Source: a virus
Taxonomy: Duplodnaviria > Caudoviricetes
DNA length: 64,000 bases
Strand: one strand, 5' to 3'
IMG/VR virus record: IMGVR_UViG_3300022666_000111
Made by a program: the position numbers and the translations under genes. Below the pieces are notes generated by a model. That model was not told where the DNA came from. It ran no database searches and worked only from the letters and a program-made list of their open reading frames with translations. Shown here piece by piece: positions 18,468-27,855 of this stretch. Within the stretch, counting starts at the first letter, position 1; every line of letters begins with the position of its first letter.

Positions 18468-19292
18468 ATGGACGTACGTGACATGACCGGGCGTGAGATC
18501 GATGAGGCGAAGAGCTGGGGCTTATCCCCGGACAAGTATCTATCTTTGAGGGACAAGCTCAACCGGGAGTTCCAAGACAAGGACAAGGCCAAGCTGCGGG
18601 AGGACATCACACGGGAGGTCTTCGACAAGGCCAAGAACGACGCCCGCAAAGAGCTTGAGAATGATCGGGCGAAGCTCACACCTACGGCGCTCCACCGGAG
18701 CGTCTCCACGGAGTACTTGGCGTGCTACGAGATCGAGTGTCACACCTTAGCCGAAACGGCGTCCGCTTTGGCGGAGCAGAGCCAAGAGAAGTTTGACTGG
18801 AATAGGCGTCGCCTGAGTGTCATCTGGGTTCTATCCGTGGCTCTCGTGCCCGCCATCGCGATCCTCTATTGGAGGGGCCTCACGTATAACCACCTAGCGT
18901 TCTGGGGGGTGATCGTCCCTATGGTTGTGACGCACATCTGGAATTGGGTGAGCTACGTCTATGGGGGTGAGGAGCATGACGAACGCAGGAAGCGCCTCTT
19001 GAAGATCGCGTCGGACTACCTGATCCTTGCGGATAGCGCCAAGGGCGCACGAATCGTCGACATCCCCGTAGCAGATACGATCCAGACGATTCAGAACAAG
19101 GTCGAGCACCTTGCGGACATGAAAAGGCGACAGGACGATAACTTCACGCCCTTCACAAGCGCCATCCTCAAGGGGAGGGAGCGGGCCAAGGTGAGCACCC
19201 TAGCCACCATTGATGCCCAGGATGTCATCCGGACCCTCAAAGAGCTGCAAGAGCCCGCCGCCCTGCCAGAACACGTTGATCCCAAGCCTTGA
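18468..19292 (+). CDS. two-TM membrane protein
   Basis: Two hydrophobic helices; GGTGTAG-N8-ATG. Confidence 0.7.
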   Translation: MDVRDMTGREIDEAKSWGLSPDKYLSLRDKLNREFQDKDKAKLREDITREVFDKAKNDARKELENDRAKLTPTALHRSVSTEYLACYEIECHTLAETASALAEQSQEKFDWNRRRLSVIWVLSVALVPAIAILYWRGLTYNHLAFWGVIVPMVVTHIWNWVSYVYGGEEHDERRKRLLKIASDYLILADSAKGARIVDIPVADTIQTIQNKVEHLADMKRRQDDNFTPFTSAILKGRERAKVSTLATIDAQDVIRTLKELQEPAALPEHVDPKP

Positions 19293-19300
19293 CCGGCATA
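19276..19300 (+). promoter_or_regulatory. bipartite promoter-like motif TTGATC-N13-GGCATA (representative copy)
   Basis: Same spacing at about a dozen sites, nearly always 8 nt before ATG. Confidence 0.75.
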
Positions 19301-19308
19301 CAGAGGGC

Positions 19309-19809
19309 ATGACTAGCCAAGAAGCCCTCCAAACCATCATCGAAAAGCTAACTGAAGCCGGGCTGACCGTTACGCGCAGCCCCTCCGGCCTCAATACCAT
19401 TAACGGAGTCATTCCGATCAGGGTTGAGCAGGAGTCACGCGGCGGCCTCTACTCCACGAGGGGGAACGGTAAGATCCGGGCCAAGCTGGGGAACTACGGT
19501 AGGGAGCTGATCCAGTACCCCCAAACCAAGGATGGCGGCTTCAATTGGACGAAGATGATCCAAGATGCCAAGGACCTCTTCGCCAGGGAAGAGGCTGCTC
19601 GGATTCAGGCTGAAAAGAACCAACAGAGACGCGATCGGCTGGGCCTTGAGGTTGACCAGCTCAACAGCAAGTACGGCGTCAAGGACGCCTTCTGCCGCCC
19701 CGCCCGCGTTGCCATTGACAACAACGGGCTCAGCTTCACGGCAAGGGGGCTCACGAAGGCCCAAGCCGACGTCCTCATGGCGAAGGCGATGGAGATGGGG
19801 CTCCTGTGA
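19309..19809 (+). CDS. hypothetical protein
   Basis: TTGATC-N13-GGCATA-N8-ATG. Confidence 0.7.
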   Translation: MTSQEALQTIIEKLTEAGLTVTRSPSGLNTINGVIPIRVEQESRGGLYSTRGNGKIRAKLGNYGRELIQYPQTKDGGFNWTKMIQDAKDLFAREEAARIQAEKNQQRRDRLGLEVDQLNSKYGVKDAFCRPARVAIDNNGLSFTARGLTKAQADVLMAKAMEMGLL

Positions 19810-20071
19810 GATCGTCCACGACGGTCACACGGTAATCCATGACGGACGTCCCGCAGAGGATGTAGCACAAGAAGTACGCGGCTGTATGCCCATGTAGGAC
19901 ACTCACAAAGCCTTGTGGGTACTTCTGCGGCTCAAGGACGACACGGAGAGGTCCTCCTGCTCCGACGATGGCTGGGATCTTTCCTCGGAGGACCTTGAGG
20001 ACGGTGTCTGCAACGTCCGTGTACGACGTGACCTCGGTGACCTTCTCGTCACAATGGTAGATGTGGATCAT
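19775..20071 (-). CDS. hypothetical protein
   Basis: ATGA coupling. Confidence 0.45.
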   Translation of the reverse strand: MIHIYHCDEKVTEVTSYTDVADTVLKVLRGKIPAIVGAGGPLRVVLEPQKYPQGFVSVLHGHTAAYFLCYILCGTSVMDYRVTVVDDLTGAPSPSPSP

Positions 20072-20439
20072 GGATGCGCCTTAAGGGGCTTGAGGTCAAG
20101 GGCGACGGTTCGAGCGACCTTTTCGGGGACCTCATCGGTGTCGTTGCTGATTCGAAGCTCGGGGGTGTGGCTTGGGTAGTAATAGCCCGGGGGGATAGCG
20201 CGGGAGACGTAGACGTGCGGTCCGAGGCGATCCATGAAGCGGATTGTGCCCATGAAACCCGCTTGGAGGAAGTCCACGAGGGTATTGGGCTCGTAGTCGT
20301 CCTTCGTCGCGTTCTTGATGAAGAGCTGGTAGTCCTTGGGGGAGATCGTGACGGGGAGCGCCTCGAGGTAGAAGAGAGTGTCAACGATCTCCTTCCAAGT
20401 GGCGGGCATGGTCCCCGTCTCCGGAGTGTCGTGCTGCAT
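20068..20439 (-). CDS. major-capsid C-terminal-half-like small protein
   Basis: ISPKDYQLFIK...FLQAGFMGTI....HVYVSRAIPPGYYY; similar to 42227..42445. Confidence 0.55.
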   Translation of the reverse strand: MQHDTPETGTMPATWKEIVDTLFYLEALPVTISPKDYQLFIKNATKDDYEPNTLVDFLQAGFMGTIRFMDRLGPHVYVSRAIPPGYYYPSHTPELRISNDTDEVPEKVARTVALDLKPLKAHP

Positions 20440-20751
20440 GAGGGCGTCCCATAGCTCTATCTCTTCATCGGTAGCTATGCGGGTCTCGCTCTTCCAGCCT
20501 TCGTGTGGTGTGAGGCAGCCTCTGTCGATGTGAAACGTGAATCCATAGCGGGCGGCGGCGCGGGATCACCAGATTATCGTAGCCTCGCACACGCCCTTCG
20601 CTCTTGGTCTGGTGGAGGCCGTCTACCACGAATTCACGCCAGGATACCTCGCCCAATCCGAGGCTATCTTCGATCCGATCCAACTCGCAGCCTATCGAGT
20701 CGACCGTCCTTTCCTCAAGAAGGGCAAACGGCCAGCTAAGAAAGAAGACAA

Positions 20752-21204
20752 GTGATGCCAACACGAGAAGAAGCCGTAACGAACCTCCGGGAAGCCCTCC
20801 CGCACATTCTCATCGCCTTCAACATGGCGAAGCTGACGCACCCACGGACGGAGCTGGGGGTTCTCGGAACGAACGAGGACGGTTCAGGGAGTGTCGTGGC
20901 CCGTTTCGACGGGGACGAGTTCCTCCGTGACCTTGAGGCGGCCCTTGGCCCTGGGGCGCTTGCAACGGACGACGTGAAGCTCGGGCCTTGGGAGCCGCAC
21001 ACCCAATATCCCAACAACCTCGTCCGCAACGACTCCTCGGGGGAGAACATCGCGGCGTTATGGCCCGAGGGGGAGGGCACGTCCATGACATGGTGTTGGC
21101 GCATCGAGGGGCGCCAGAGCCAGACGAAGGACTGCAACCCGGACAAAGATCAAGCCATGGCTCAAGCCGACGCGGTTCTCAAGGAGATGGGGTACACGCT
21201 ATGA
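20752..21204 (+). CDS. hypothetical protein
   Basis: First gene of a coupled run. Confidence 0.6.
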   Translation: MMPTREEAVTNLREALPHILIAFNMAKLTHPRTELGVLGTNEDGSGSVVARFDGDEFLRDLEAALGPGALATDDVKLGPWEPHTQYPNNLVRNDSSGENIAALWPEGEGTSMTWCWRIEGRQSQTKDCNPDKDQAMAQADAVLKEMGYTL

Positions 21205-21641
21205 ACCTGGGACTTAGCCTCATGCTCGCGCACGCCGTAGGTCAGATCAAGTGGCCGGACGGCATCGACAAGGACAACAAGGTCGTCCTGAACGCCCTGG
21301 CCATCTACGTTTGGCGTGCTGCCGGGGGCATCTGTATGAGCGACCTTTCGATTGACCGCATCGAGGTCAAGCCGGACGGGCTCTATGCTTATCCCTCAAC
21401 GGAGCACGTGGCCGAGGGGGCAGCATTGCCTACCTACGTCTTCGCGGCGTTCCCTCCGAACTTCTACCGGGCTTTGGAATGCCAAAGCGAGGGGCGGTGC
21501 CCACGTTGTGAGCAGCATTCGATCACGACAACGGCGGTTTGCGGGAATTGCTCCTTCACCATGCTCGAAGTTCCACCGGACGGGGCGCTCTACGTCAAGC
21601 CGGAAACGCACGACCCTGACGACCTTGGGGCGGCGCTGTGA
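21201..21641 (+). CDS. hypothetical zinc-ribbon protein
   Basis: CPRC..CGNC; ATGA coupling. Confidence 0.6.
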   Translation: MNLGLSLMLAHAVGQIKWPDGIDKDNKVVLNALAIYVWRAAGGICMSDLSIDRIEVKPDGLYAYPSTEHVAEGAALPTYVFAAFPPNFYRALECQSEGRCPRCEQHSITTTAVCGNCSFTMLEVPPDGALYVKPETHDPDDLGAAL

Positions 21642-22123
21642 ACCACGCGAAGGTCTCCTTCAAGGCGGACATCGCCCCCAAGGTGGTGGAAGCCTTGCTC
21701 ATCGAGCTGGTCAAAGCCAAGTGGCCCGATGGGGTGGTCGTGCTAACTTGTGAGGCTCCGACGCGGTGGCACATCACGTCACCGCTCTCAGAAGTCTTCG
21801 GAATGGCCGTTTGGGTACGGTCGCCCCGGTGCCTCGAAATGCGGAAGGGCGGCGGAGACCTCAACTCGTGGCTCCAAGGCTACATCCAAGAGAACCTCGC
21901 TTTGCGGCTCAAAGGCCGGTGCTCCGACGAAGGGGCGATCGGCACGTGGGCGCCCGACCCGGATCCCTTCAAGACCTACAAGACGTACTTCTATCACTCC
22001 TTGGGAGGATGGTCGGACCATCCTGCGCCTAGCGCCGACGCTTTGTGGGCCAAGATGGGAGCGCAGGGCCTGCTCCCATGGGCGCGGACGATCGTCTACG
22101 ACGAGAAGGGGGAGCTGCGATGA
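21638..22123 (+). CDS. hypothetical protein (paralog of 6206..6736)
   Basis: Shared NH, VW..P..LE.R, W.Q...E..A..L....DEG. Confidence 0.7.
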   Translation: MNHAKVSFKADIAPKVVEALLIELVKAKWPDGVVVLTCEAPTRWHITSPLSEVFGMAVWVRSPRCLEMRKGGGDLNSWLQGYIQENLALRLKGRCSDEGAIGTWAPDPDPFKTYKTYFYHSLGGWSDHPAPSADALWAKMGAQGLLPWARTIVYDEKGELR

Positions 22124-22314
22124 AGCGACTCTTGATCCTGGCCTTACTCCTCACGGCATGTGGCCCAGACGATCCCCCGCAGGTTTGCGAAAGGGGCACG
22201 TGGCAGCGTTGCTCCTGCACGTTGGGCTACGATGGCTACCAGTATTGCTTCGGGGCGTATTGGGGGCCTTGTGACTGCTGGAAGCCTGAAGACGCCGGAG
22301 CAGATTCTCGTTGA
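22120..22314 (+). CDS. small Cys-rich lipoprotein
   Basis: MKRLLILALLLTAC lipobox; C..G....CSC..G..G.Q.C...WGPCDC. Confidence 0.7.
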   Translation: MKRLLILALLLTACGPDDPPQVCERGTWQRCSCTLGYDGYQYCFGAYWGPCDCWKPEDAGADSR

Positions 22315-22343
22315 TCCCCTAGCTCCATCGGCATAGTCACCGC

Positions 22344-22898
22344 ATGGAACGATCCGCCAAAGTCCTCTCCGAATTCCTGCACCAGTACATGCTTAAGAAT
22401 GGCGTGACGGGCTGCCCTGAACACCCCAACATGATGCTCGGCGCGCGGTTGGTCTTCATCTTTCGGAAGTACGGGACGGGCGACGTTGACGACTTGTGTC
22501 AGGCATTCGCGCTCAAGCTCATGTCCAAGGACTACTTGAGGGGAATGCCTTACTCGGGTGCTCGGGGGTATATCAACAACGCAGCATTGCACCACGCTAC
22601 AATGAGCGTCCGAGCGCGACAGAGGGCCTTGCGGGGGCAAATGAAGGCGCTTCCAGAGAAGGCACCTGCTGTGTTGGATGATGAGCTGACACCCTCCGAA
22701 ATCGCAGCCTTTGTTGACAGCCTCGAGGACATACATCCGAAGGCACCTGAGTACCTTGAGCTTGTCATTGCGGACGAAGCCTCCGACAGAGGGCTGATCC
22801 TGGGAGGGTTCTTCACGGACACCCCGGTCTCAATCAACTACTGGACACGCTACAAAATGGCAATCAGAGCGGAATTCCGCAAGTATGAAGGGATGTAG
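22344..22898 (+). CDS. ECF/sigma-70 region 2-like protein
   Basis: DVDDLCQAFALKL...YINNAALHHATMSVRARQR; region 4 degenerate. Confidence 0.5.
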   Translation: MERSAKVLSEFLHQYMLKNGVTGCPEHPNMMLGARLVFIFRKYGTGDVDDLCQAFALKLMSKDYLRGMPYSGARGYINNAALHHATMSVRARQRALRGQMKALPEKAPAVLDDELTPSEIAAFVDSLEDIHPKAPEYLELVIADEASDRGLILGGFFTDTPVSINYWTRYKMAIRAEFRKYEGM

Positions 22899-22901
22899 AT
22901 C

Positions 22902-23522
22902 ATGGCAACCTCACAAGCACGCCAAACCGAGCAATTTCAAAACAGCCTCCAAATCTACCGTAACATGTTCCGGCAGTCATCGGAGACCTACCTCCAGGCA
23001 GCGCGGGGGTTACGTGACTATGAGCTGAACCATCGGCATCTTTGGGGGCAATTCTACGACTCTTTTGACGAAATGCTCAGGAGAGAGCGTCTCGGCATCA
23101 CTCCCAGAACATACCGTGAGCATGTTCGATTGTTTGACGGGGAATTCGCAGGGATCCATCCAGAGATCTTCGCTGTCTGCGGGGTCCATGGCGCCAACCA
23201 AGCATCGAGCTTGAGTTCTTCCGAGCAGCCTGAGCTTCTGTCGCGGGCACGTGCCTATCATGCTGAATTCCACCACCCTCCCACCTACCAATGGATGGTC
23301 CGGCAAATTAGGGAGATCCGTGGCATCCCTCGTGAAGATGAGGTCACCTACCTCATCCGCATGATTCACGTATGCATTCAACGCCTCGATCGGGGTGGGG
23401 TAGCTCGCCGGACGGTAGCGCAGACGGTCCTCCCGCATTTGCGAGCCACTGTCACGGCCCTCACGGATCTTCTGGAGGCACGCCGTCTGAATTCGACGCT
23501 CCCAGAGCGAAAAGGTTGTTGA
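22902..23522 (+). CDS. hypothetical protein
   Basis: Follows the sigma-like gene. Confidence 0.6.
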   Translation: MATSQARQTEQFQNSLQIYRNMFRQSSETYLQAARGLRDYELNHRHLWGQFYDSFDEMLRRERLGITPRTYREHVRLFDGEFAGIHPEIFAVCGVHGANQASSLSSSEQPELLSRARAYHAEFHHPPTYQWMVRQIREIRGIPREDEVTYLIRMIHVCIQRLDRGGVARRTVAQTVLPHLRATVTALTDLLEARRLNSTLPERKGC

Positions 23523-23551
23523 TCCCTTTGAGGATGCGGCATATTGCCAGC

Positions 23552-24313
23552 ATGAACAACAACGATATCCGCAGACAAGCAGCCCTTCGCGTACTCATCA
23601 ACCGCATCGTCACCGAGACAAGCCGATTCGATTGCTTGACCAAGCACATGGATGAGGATCGGACCATGCTCGAGGTCAAGATCCACGCGGCTTGGCTCGA
23701 CATTGAGAAGAACAAGAACGCGGGGCAGATCCTTGAGGGCGCCCTTACGGCCTTGCTTGACACCCAGCCTGCACAAGTGCCCCCCAAGACGCAAGCACCT
23801 CAGCCCGCGCAAGCGTCCCCCAAGACGCTGCCTGTCATCAATGTGGAGTTCAAGCCAGGCGCTCGAGCAAGCCAAGGACCCCTGCCCTCTAAGGATGAGG
23901 TCTACGCCGCCCTGGTCAAGGCGGCCGAGAAGGGACCGGTGGCATCATTGAGCGTCGCAAAGGTCCTCGGCGCGGATATGAACAAGACAGCCATCCAACT
24001 GGAATTCCTAAGCCGCGACGGATGTGTGTCCAAGATCAAGCAAACAAAGCACGGCCTGGTGTCTTGGACACCCCTCAAGGCCCCTCAAGAGAAGGCAGAT
24101 CCAGCCGAGGCCCTTCTCGCCGTCATCCGGTCCTATCCCGGAGAGGAGTTCACCTCAACAGACCTGGCAAGGGCCACCACCTTGAGCGGTCGGAATGTTG
24201 CAGCTATGCTTGGCTCCCTCGCGCGGCGGAATTGGGTCATCCCCACCGAGATTGTAACTGACGCGCACGGTAACCCCAAGCAGCGTTACCGGAAGTCCAG
24301 CCGCCTAGCTTAG
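23552..24313 (+). CDS. coiled-coil plus tandem winged-helix-like protein
   Basis: FTSTDLARAT.LS...VAAML.SLARRNWV; TTGATC-N13-GGCATA-N8-ATG. Confidence 0.6.
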   Translation: MNNNDIRRQAALRVLINRIVTETSRFDCLTKHMDEDRTMLEVKIHAAWLDIEKNKNAGQILEGALTALLDTQPAQVPPKTQAPQPAQASPKTLPVINVEFKPGARASQGPLPSKDEVYAALVKAAEKGPVASLSVAKVLGADMNKTAIQLEFLSRDGCVSKIKQTKHGLVSWTPLKAPQEKADPAEALLAVIRSYPGEEFTSTDLARATTLSGRNVAAMLGSLARRNWVIPTEIVTDAHGNPKQRYRKSSRLA

Positions 24314-24337
24314 CCCTCTTATGCGATCTGCCTGAGC

Positions 24338-25513
24338 ATGGATCCCCGCTGGAAGGCAGCCTCTCCTCAAGCATCCTTGACAGGGCTCATCAAAGTTGCC
24401 GCTGATTGGTGGAAGACGTTCCGATTCCCTACCTTGGGCGATAGTGTAGGTCTTGGCCCAGGGCAATGGATCGGACACGCGATCTTCAAAGAAGCCCTCG
24501 AGGGCGGACCGCCCTTGCGGACCGTCACCTGGTCCGGGCGTCTTGTCACACCACCTCAGAACCTCTTCGAGGGCCTTTGTGAAATCACAGGTGCTCGGCT
24601 TGTTCGCATCGCAGATCGTGGGAACGGTAACGGGGACTTCACCTTCGCTGGCGACAAGGTGATGCTGAGCGTCTCGATCTATAGCTCCGGGACCGAGGGA
24701 GAGGTGGCGTTAGCAACATCCGACGAGGAGGTTGCCGACAAGGTCAACAAGCTCCTCTCACGGGCGCTTCAGCCAGACAACCCCCATGAGGGGCTCGTCT
24801 TCACGCTTGCCAAGGGCATGACGGGCTATTCCATCACACGACTAGGTACAGCAGGAACCCCGCTCATCCGGAGCAACTACACGCCGCAGGTCCTTGCTGA
24901 CTACGACCACATCGTGAAAGAGCAGACAAGTGACAGCCCGTGTGGACGCCTCACGATTCTTAGTGGGAGCCCTGGGACGGGCAAGACCTACCTAGTGCGG
25001 AGCCTGTTGGCGGACGCGCCTCGGGTCGCCTACATCCTGATTCCGCCGCACCTCGTTGAGAGTCTTGGTTCACCGGAGATCTTGCCTGCCTTGACGTCGG
25101 CGAAGCAGGAATTCAACGGGCCGATCATGCTCATCATCGAAGACGCGGATCGGTGCCTTGTGAAGCGTGACAACGGCAACATGGACGCGATCTCGTCGAT
25201 GCTCAACCTTGGGGACGGGATCCTCGGGTCGATCCTTGACGTTCGGATCCTCGCGACCACGAATGCTGAGACGCTTCAAATGGACGCGGCTACGCGCCGG
25301 AAGGGGCGCCTGTGCCGCCACGTCGAGGTAGGGCTCCTGTCAGCGGCTCAAGCCACGGCGGCCCTATCGAACCTCTTGAACAAGCCTGTGCAGCCCTTTG
25401 TCGAAGCCACCCCGCTTGCGGATGTCTATGCGAGGGCTCGGGCAGAAGGATGGATGCCTCCAGTGAAAGGCAAGCCCCCCGAAGGCAAGTACGCCCGCCC
25501 TGAGCTGGTGTAA
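24338..25513 (+). CDS. AAA+ ATPase
   Basis: Walker A GSPGTGKT, Walker B LIIEDAD, LN..DG, ATTN, D.A..R.GR. Confidence 0.9.
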   Translation: MDPRWKAASPQASLTGLIKVAADWWKTFRFPTLGDSVGLGPGQWIGHAIFKEALEGGPPLRTVTWSGRLVTPPQNLFEGLCEITGARLVRIADRGNGNGDFTFAGDKVMLSVSIYSSGTEGEVALATSDEEVADKVNKLLSRALQPDNPHEGLVFTLAKGMTGYSITRLGTAGTPLIRSNYTPQVLADYDHIVKEQTSDSPCGRLTILSGSPGTGKTYLVRSLLADAPRVAYILIPPHLVESLGSPEILPALTSAKQEFNGPIMLIIEDADRCLVKRDNGNMDAISSMLNLGDGILGSILDVRILATTNAETLQMDAATRRKGRLCRHVEVGLLSAAQATAALSNLLNKPVQPFVEATPLADVYARARAEGWMPPVKGKPPEGKYARPELV

Positions 25514-25521
25514 GTAGGCGT

Positions 25522-25860
25522 ATGGCTCACACGCTACAGCGGATCCCAATTTGGGCATGGTTTGTCGTCGCGATGGTTGGTTATACCATCTCGGAGTACC
25601 TGTCTAAGTATTGGGGGTACAAGCCAACTGTATTTCTAGCGACGGTAATCATAGGGCTGTACAGCGCCGAGGCGTTTTGCTGGTTAGCTATAGTACTGCA
25701 CCGCAACGAGATCACCCGAATGAGCATGTTGTGGCAGGTGTCGACCACATTGCTTTCGATATTTGTGGGCGTTGTGCTTCTCGGTGAGAAGCTGACGTTA
25801 GCGCAATGGATCGGCGTGGCCTTTGGGGCGGTAGGGCTCTACTTGCTGGCGATGGTGTAG
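25522..25860 (+). CDS. SMR/DMT-like four-TM small transporter
   Basis: Four TMs; Glu in TM1; GVVLLGEKLT..QWIGV. Confidence 0.7.
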   Translation: MAHTLQRIPIWAWFVVAMVGYTISEYLSKYWGYKPTVFLATVIIGLYSAEAFCWLAIVLHRNEITRMSMLWQVSTTLLSIFVGVVLLGEKLTLAQWIGVAFGAVGLYLLAMV

Positions 25861-25871
25861 TTCTGGAGGCA

Positions 25872-26177
25872 ATGCCCCAAACGTTCAAGCGCCTCTACCT
25901 CCGCGCCGTCCCCAAAACAGCCCTTCCTCGGGAGATGCCTCTTCTCGATGAATTCGAGTCGACTACGGGCTTCGACGCGGGGTCCCTCATCATCGTTCTT
26001 CGCGGGAACAAGTCACCGACCGAGGAAACCATGCGGGACATCGTGAGGATGGCGCATAGTGAGACCGGACGGGGCGTCATCGGGATCTTCCTCGACAAGG
26101 ATATGGACCTTGAGGTCTATGAGGTCGAGGAGGCCCCGGACCCCCCAAACCAATTGGAATTCGGAGAAGATTCGTGA
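25872..26177 (+). CDS. hypothetical protein
   Basis: GGTGTAG-N11-ATG; ends PPNQLEFGEDS. Confidence 0.6.
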   Translation: MPQTFKRLYLRAVPKTALPREMPLLDEFESTTGFDAGSLIIVLRGNKSPTEETMRDIVRMAHSETGRGVIGIFLDKDMDLEVYEVEEAPDPPNQLEFGEDS

Positions 26178-26476
26178 GTCGATATGCAATGCTTGCCGCC
26201 GAGCTACAGGCGGGGAGATCCGTGACCTACACGGAGCACGGTAACTCGATGACACCACGCCTCAAGGACGGCGTGAAAGTCACCGTGGCGCCAGTAAAGC
26301 CCGAGGAGATAGCCATCGGGGACATCGTATTCTGCCGCGTAGGGGGCAGCCACTTCCTCCACATGGTCAAGGCGATCGGCCAAGACGGACGCTTTCAGAT
26401 AGCGAATGCTAGGGGTTTTGTGAATGGCTGGACGCGACAAGTGTATGGGAAATTGGTTTACTATATGAACCCTTAG
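26174..26476 (+). CDS. S24/S26 peptidase-like protein
   Basis: GNSMTP.LKDG..V.V.P...GDIV.C..HMV. Confidence 0.7.
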   Translation: MSRYAMLAAELQAGRSVTYTEHGNSMTPRLKDGVKVTVAPVKPEEIAIGDIVFCRVGGSHFLHMVKAIGQDGRFQIANARGFVNGWTRQVYGKLVYYMNP

Positions 26477-27035
26477 CCTCCCGTTCATGAGGGCAGTACC
26501 CAGCATGACCGTGGGCGAAGTTGCAATTCATACACAGCACACGGAATCCTTCCGGCCACCCCTCTTTCTTAAGCCAACGGTACAGCCCCTCACCCTTTCG
26601 GTGTCGGGCATTCCGTGGAACCCCGCCATTCCCATGAATGTGGTCGATGGTCAAAAACTCGATGTGCGCTTCCCCGCAACACGTGCAGACAGGGCCACCG
26701 TAGGCTTGAAACGACTCCATCTTGATGTCGAAGCGCTTACGTTTGAACTTTGCGCTGAGATTGGCCGCCCAGACGGGGTCCTGCATAAGGCGCTGGTGCT
26801 GTTCGCGTGCCGTCTTTTGATGCCGAAGACACATGGATGAGTCTGGTGCAGGTAGATCACCACAAAAGCACAGACCCTTCTGTCGGTTGGCATTGTGCTT
26901 TTCAGCGCGAATCTCCCGTGTACATTGCCGACAGATAGCCTGTCGCCCCGTCTTGTTGCGTTTATCTGGTGTAAAGTCCGTTAAAACGAGACTAGGATTC
27001 TGACACCGCTTACATACGTGCGTGTTGGTAGCCAT
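26409..27035 (-). CDS. HNH-type (homing) endonuclease
   Basis: CKRC..C..C; CTCCGE....LTIDHI..GG...VLCMNCN; lower GC than flanks. Confidence 0.8.
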   Translation of the reverse strand: MATNTHVCKRCQNPSLVLTDFTPDKRNKTGRQAICRQCTREIRAEKHNANRQKGLCFCGDLPAPDSSMCLRHQKTAREQHQRLMQDPVWAANLSAKFKRKRFDIKMESFQAYGGPVCTCCGEAHIEFLTIDHIHGNGGVPRNARHRKGEGLYRWLKKEGWPEGFRVLCMNCNFAHGHAGYCPHEREAKGSYSKPISHTLVASSHSQNP

Positions 27036-27068
27036 AACACAGGCGGCCTTACAAGCATTATATTCAAC

Positions 27069-27134
27069 GGACACATTAACGGCTGGACCCGCCAGGTCTA
27101 CGGCCGTCTCGTTTACTACATCAATCCTGGTTGA
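27069..27134 (+). pseudogene. displaced original 3' end of the peptidase gene
   Basis: Reads GHINGWTRQVYGRLVYYINPG* versus GFVNGWTRQVYGKLVYYMNP* at 26414-26476. Confidence 0.8.
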
Positions 27135-27163
27135 TCCGTCTGCCTCGTCGGCGTAGATGAGGC

Positions 27164-27853
27164 ATGGCAAAGAAACCCCCCATCAAGGACGCAGGCGACC
27201 TCGTGCGCAGGTGTTTGAGGCTCGAGTACTTCGAGCCCAACGCGGACGGGGTGACGCCTATCCCCGTCCGCTACACCCCTGGCAAGTCCAAGCTCATCGT
27301 CGCCGTAGGAGAGAACGCCTCGGGCAAGTCATTCTTCCGAAGGGTCGTCCAAGGGACCTGTTCGCAAGCGGGAACGTCTACCATCCACCTCTCCATGGAG
27401 GGGCGGCGTCAAACCGCCTACAACCCTGGCCTTTGTTTCGTCTACGGTTCCGAGGAATGGCAAAGCACCGGGGCAAACTCCTCGGAGACGATCCTTGGCG
27501 CCATCCGAACAAGCCAGGGGCGGGACAGCTCGCACGTCATCTTCTGGGATGAGCCGGACATCGGCCTAAGTGATAGCTGGGCGGCTTCCGCAGGGGCGGA
27601 GATCCGCGCCTTCCTTGAGGACGCCCCAGAGCACCTCTTAGGCGCGGTTGTCGTGACGCATAGCAAATCGCTGCTGCGCAACCTCACAGGGCTCAACGCA
27701 CACTTCCTCTGCTTCGGGGACGATCCGGTCAACACGCTCACCGAGTGGCTTGACCGCGCCCCCAAGGTTCGCCCGCTCTCCGAGCTTAAGGCCGAAAGCC
27801 ATCGTCGATTCAAACTAATCCAAGACATCCTCAATGCGAAAGGGATCCGGTAG
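27164..27853 (+). CDS. stand-alone ABC-type ATPase
   Basis: GENASGKS, STG signature-like, FWDEPDIGLS, VVTH. Confidence 0.8.
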   Translation: MAKKPPIKDAGDLVRRCLRLEYFEPNADGVTPIPVRYTPGKSKLIVAVGENASGKSFFRRVVQGTCSQAGTSTIHLSMEGRRQTAYNPGLCFVYGSEEWQSTGANSSETILGAIRTSQGRDSSHVIFWDEPDIGLSDSWAASAGAEIRAFLEDAPEHLLGAVVVTHSKSLLRNLTGLNAHFLCFGDDPVNTLTEWLDRAPKVRPLSELKAESHRRFKLIQDILNAKGIR

Positions 27854-27855
27854 TC

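Noticed and set aside
20465-20764. 99-aa - strand ORF
   Set aside because: No start motif, SD or recognisable pattern; coding status could not be supported.
26409-27068. Group I intron carrying the HNH
   Set aside because: The ORF is antisense, leaves no room for a ribozyme core, and the host gene is already completed by the recoded end.
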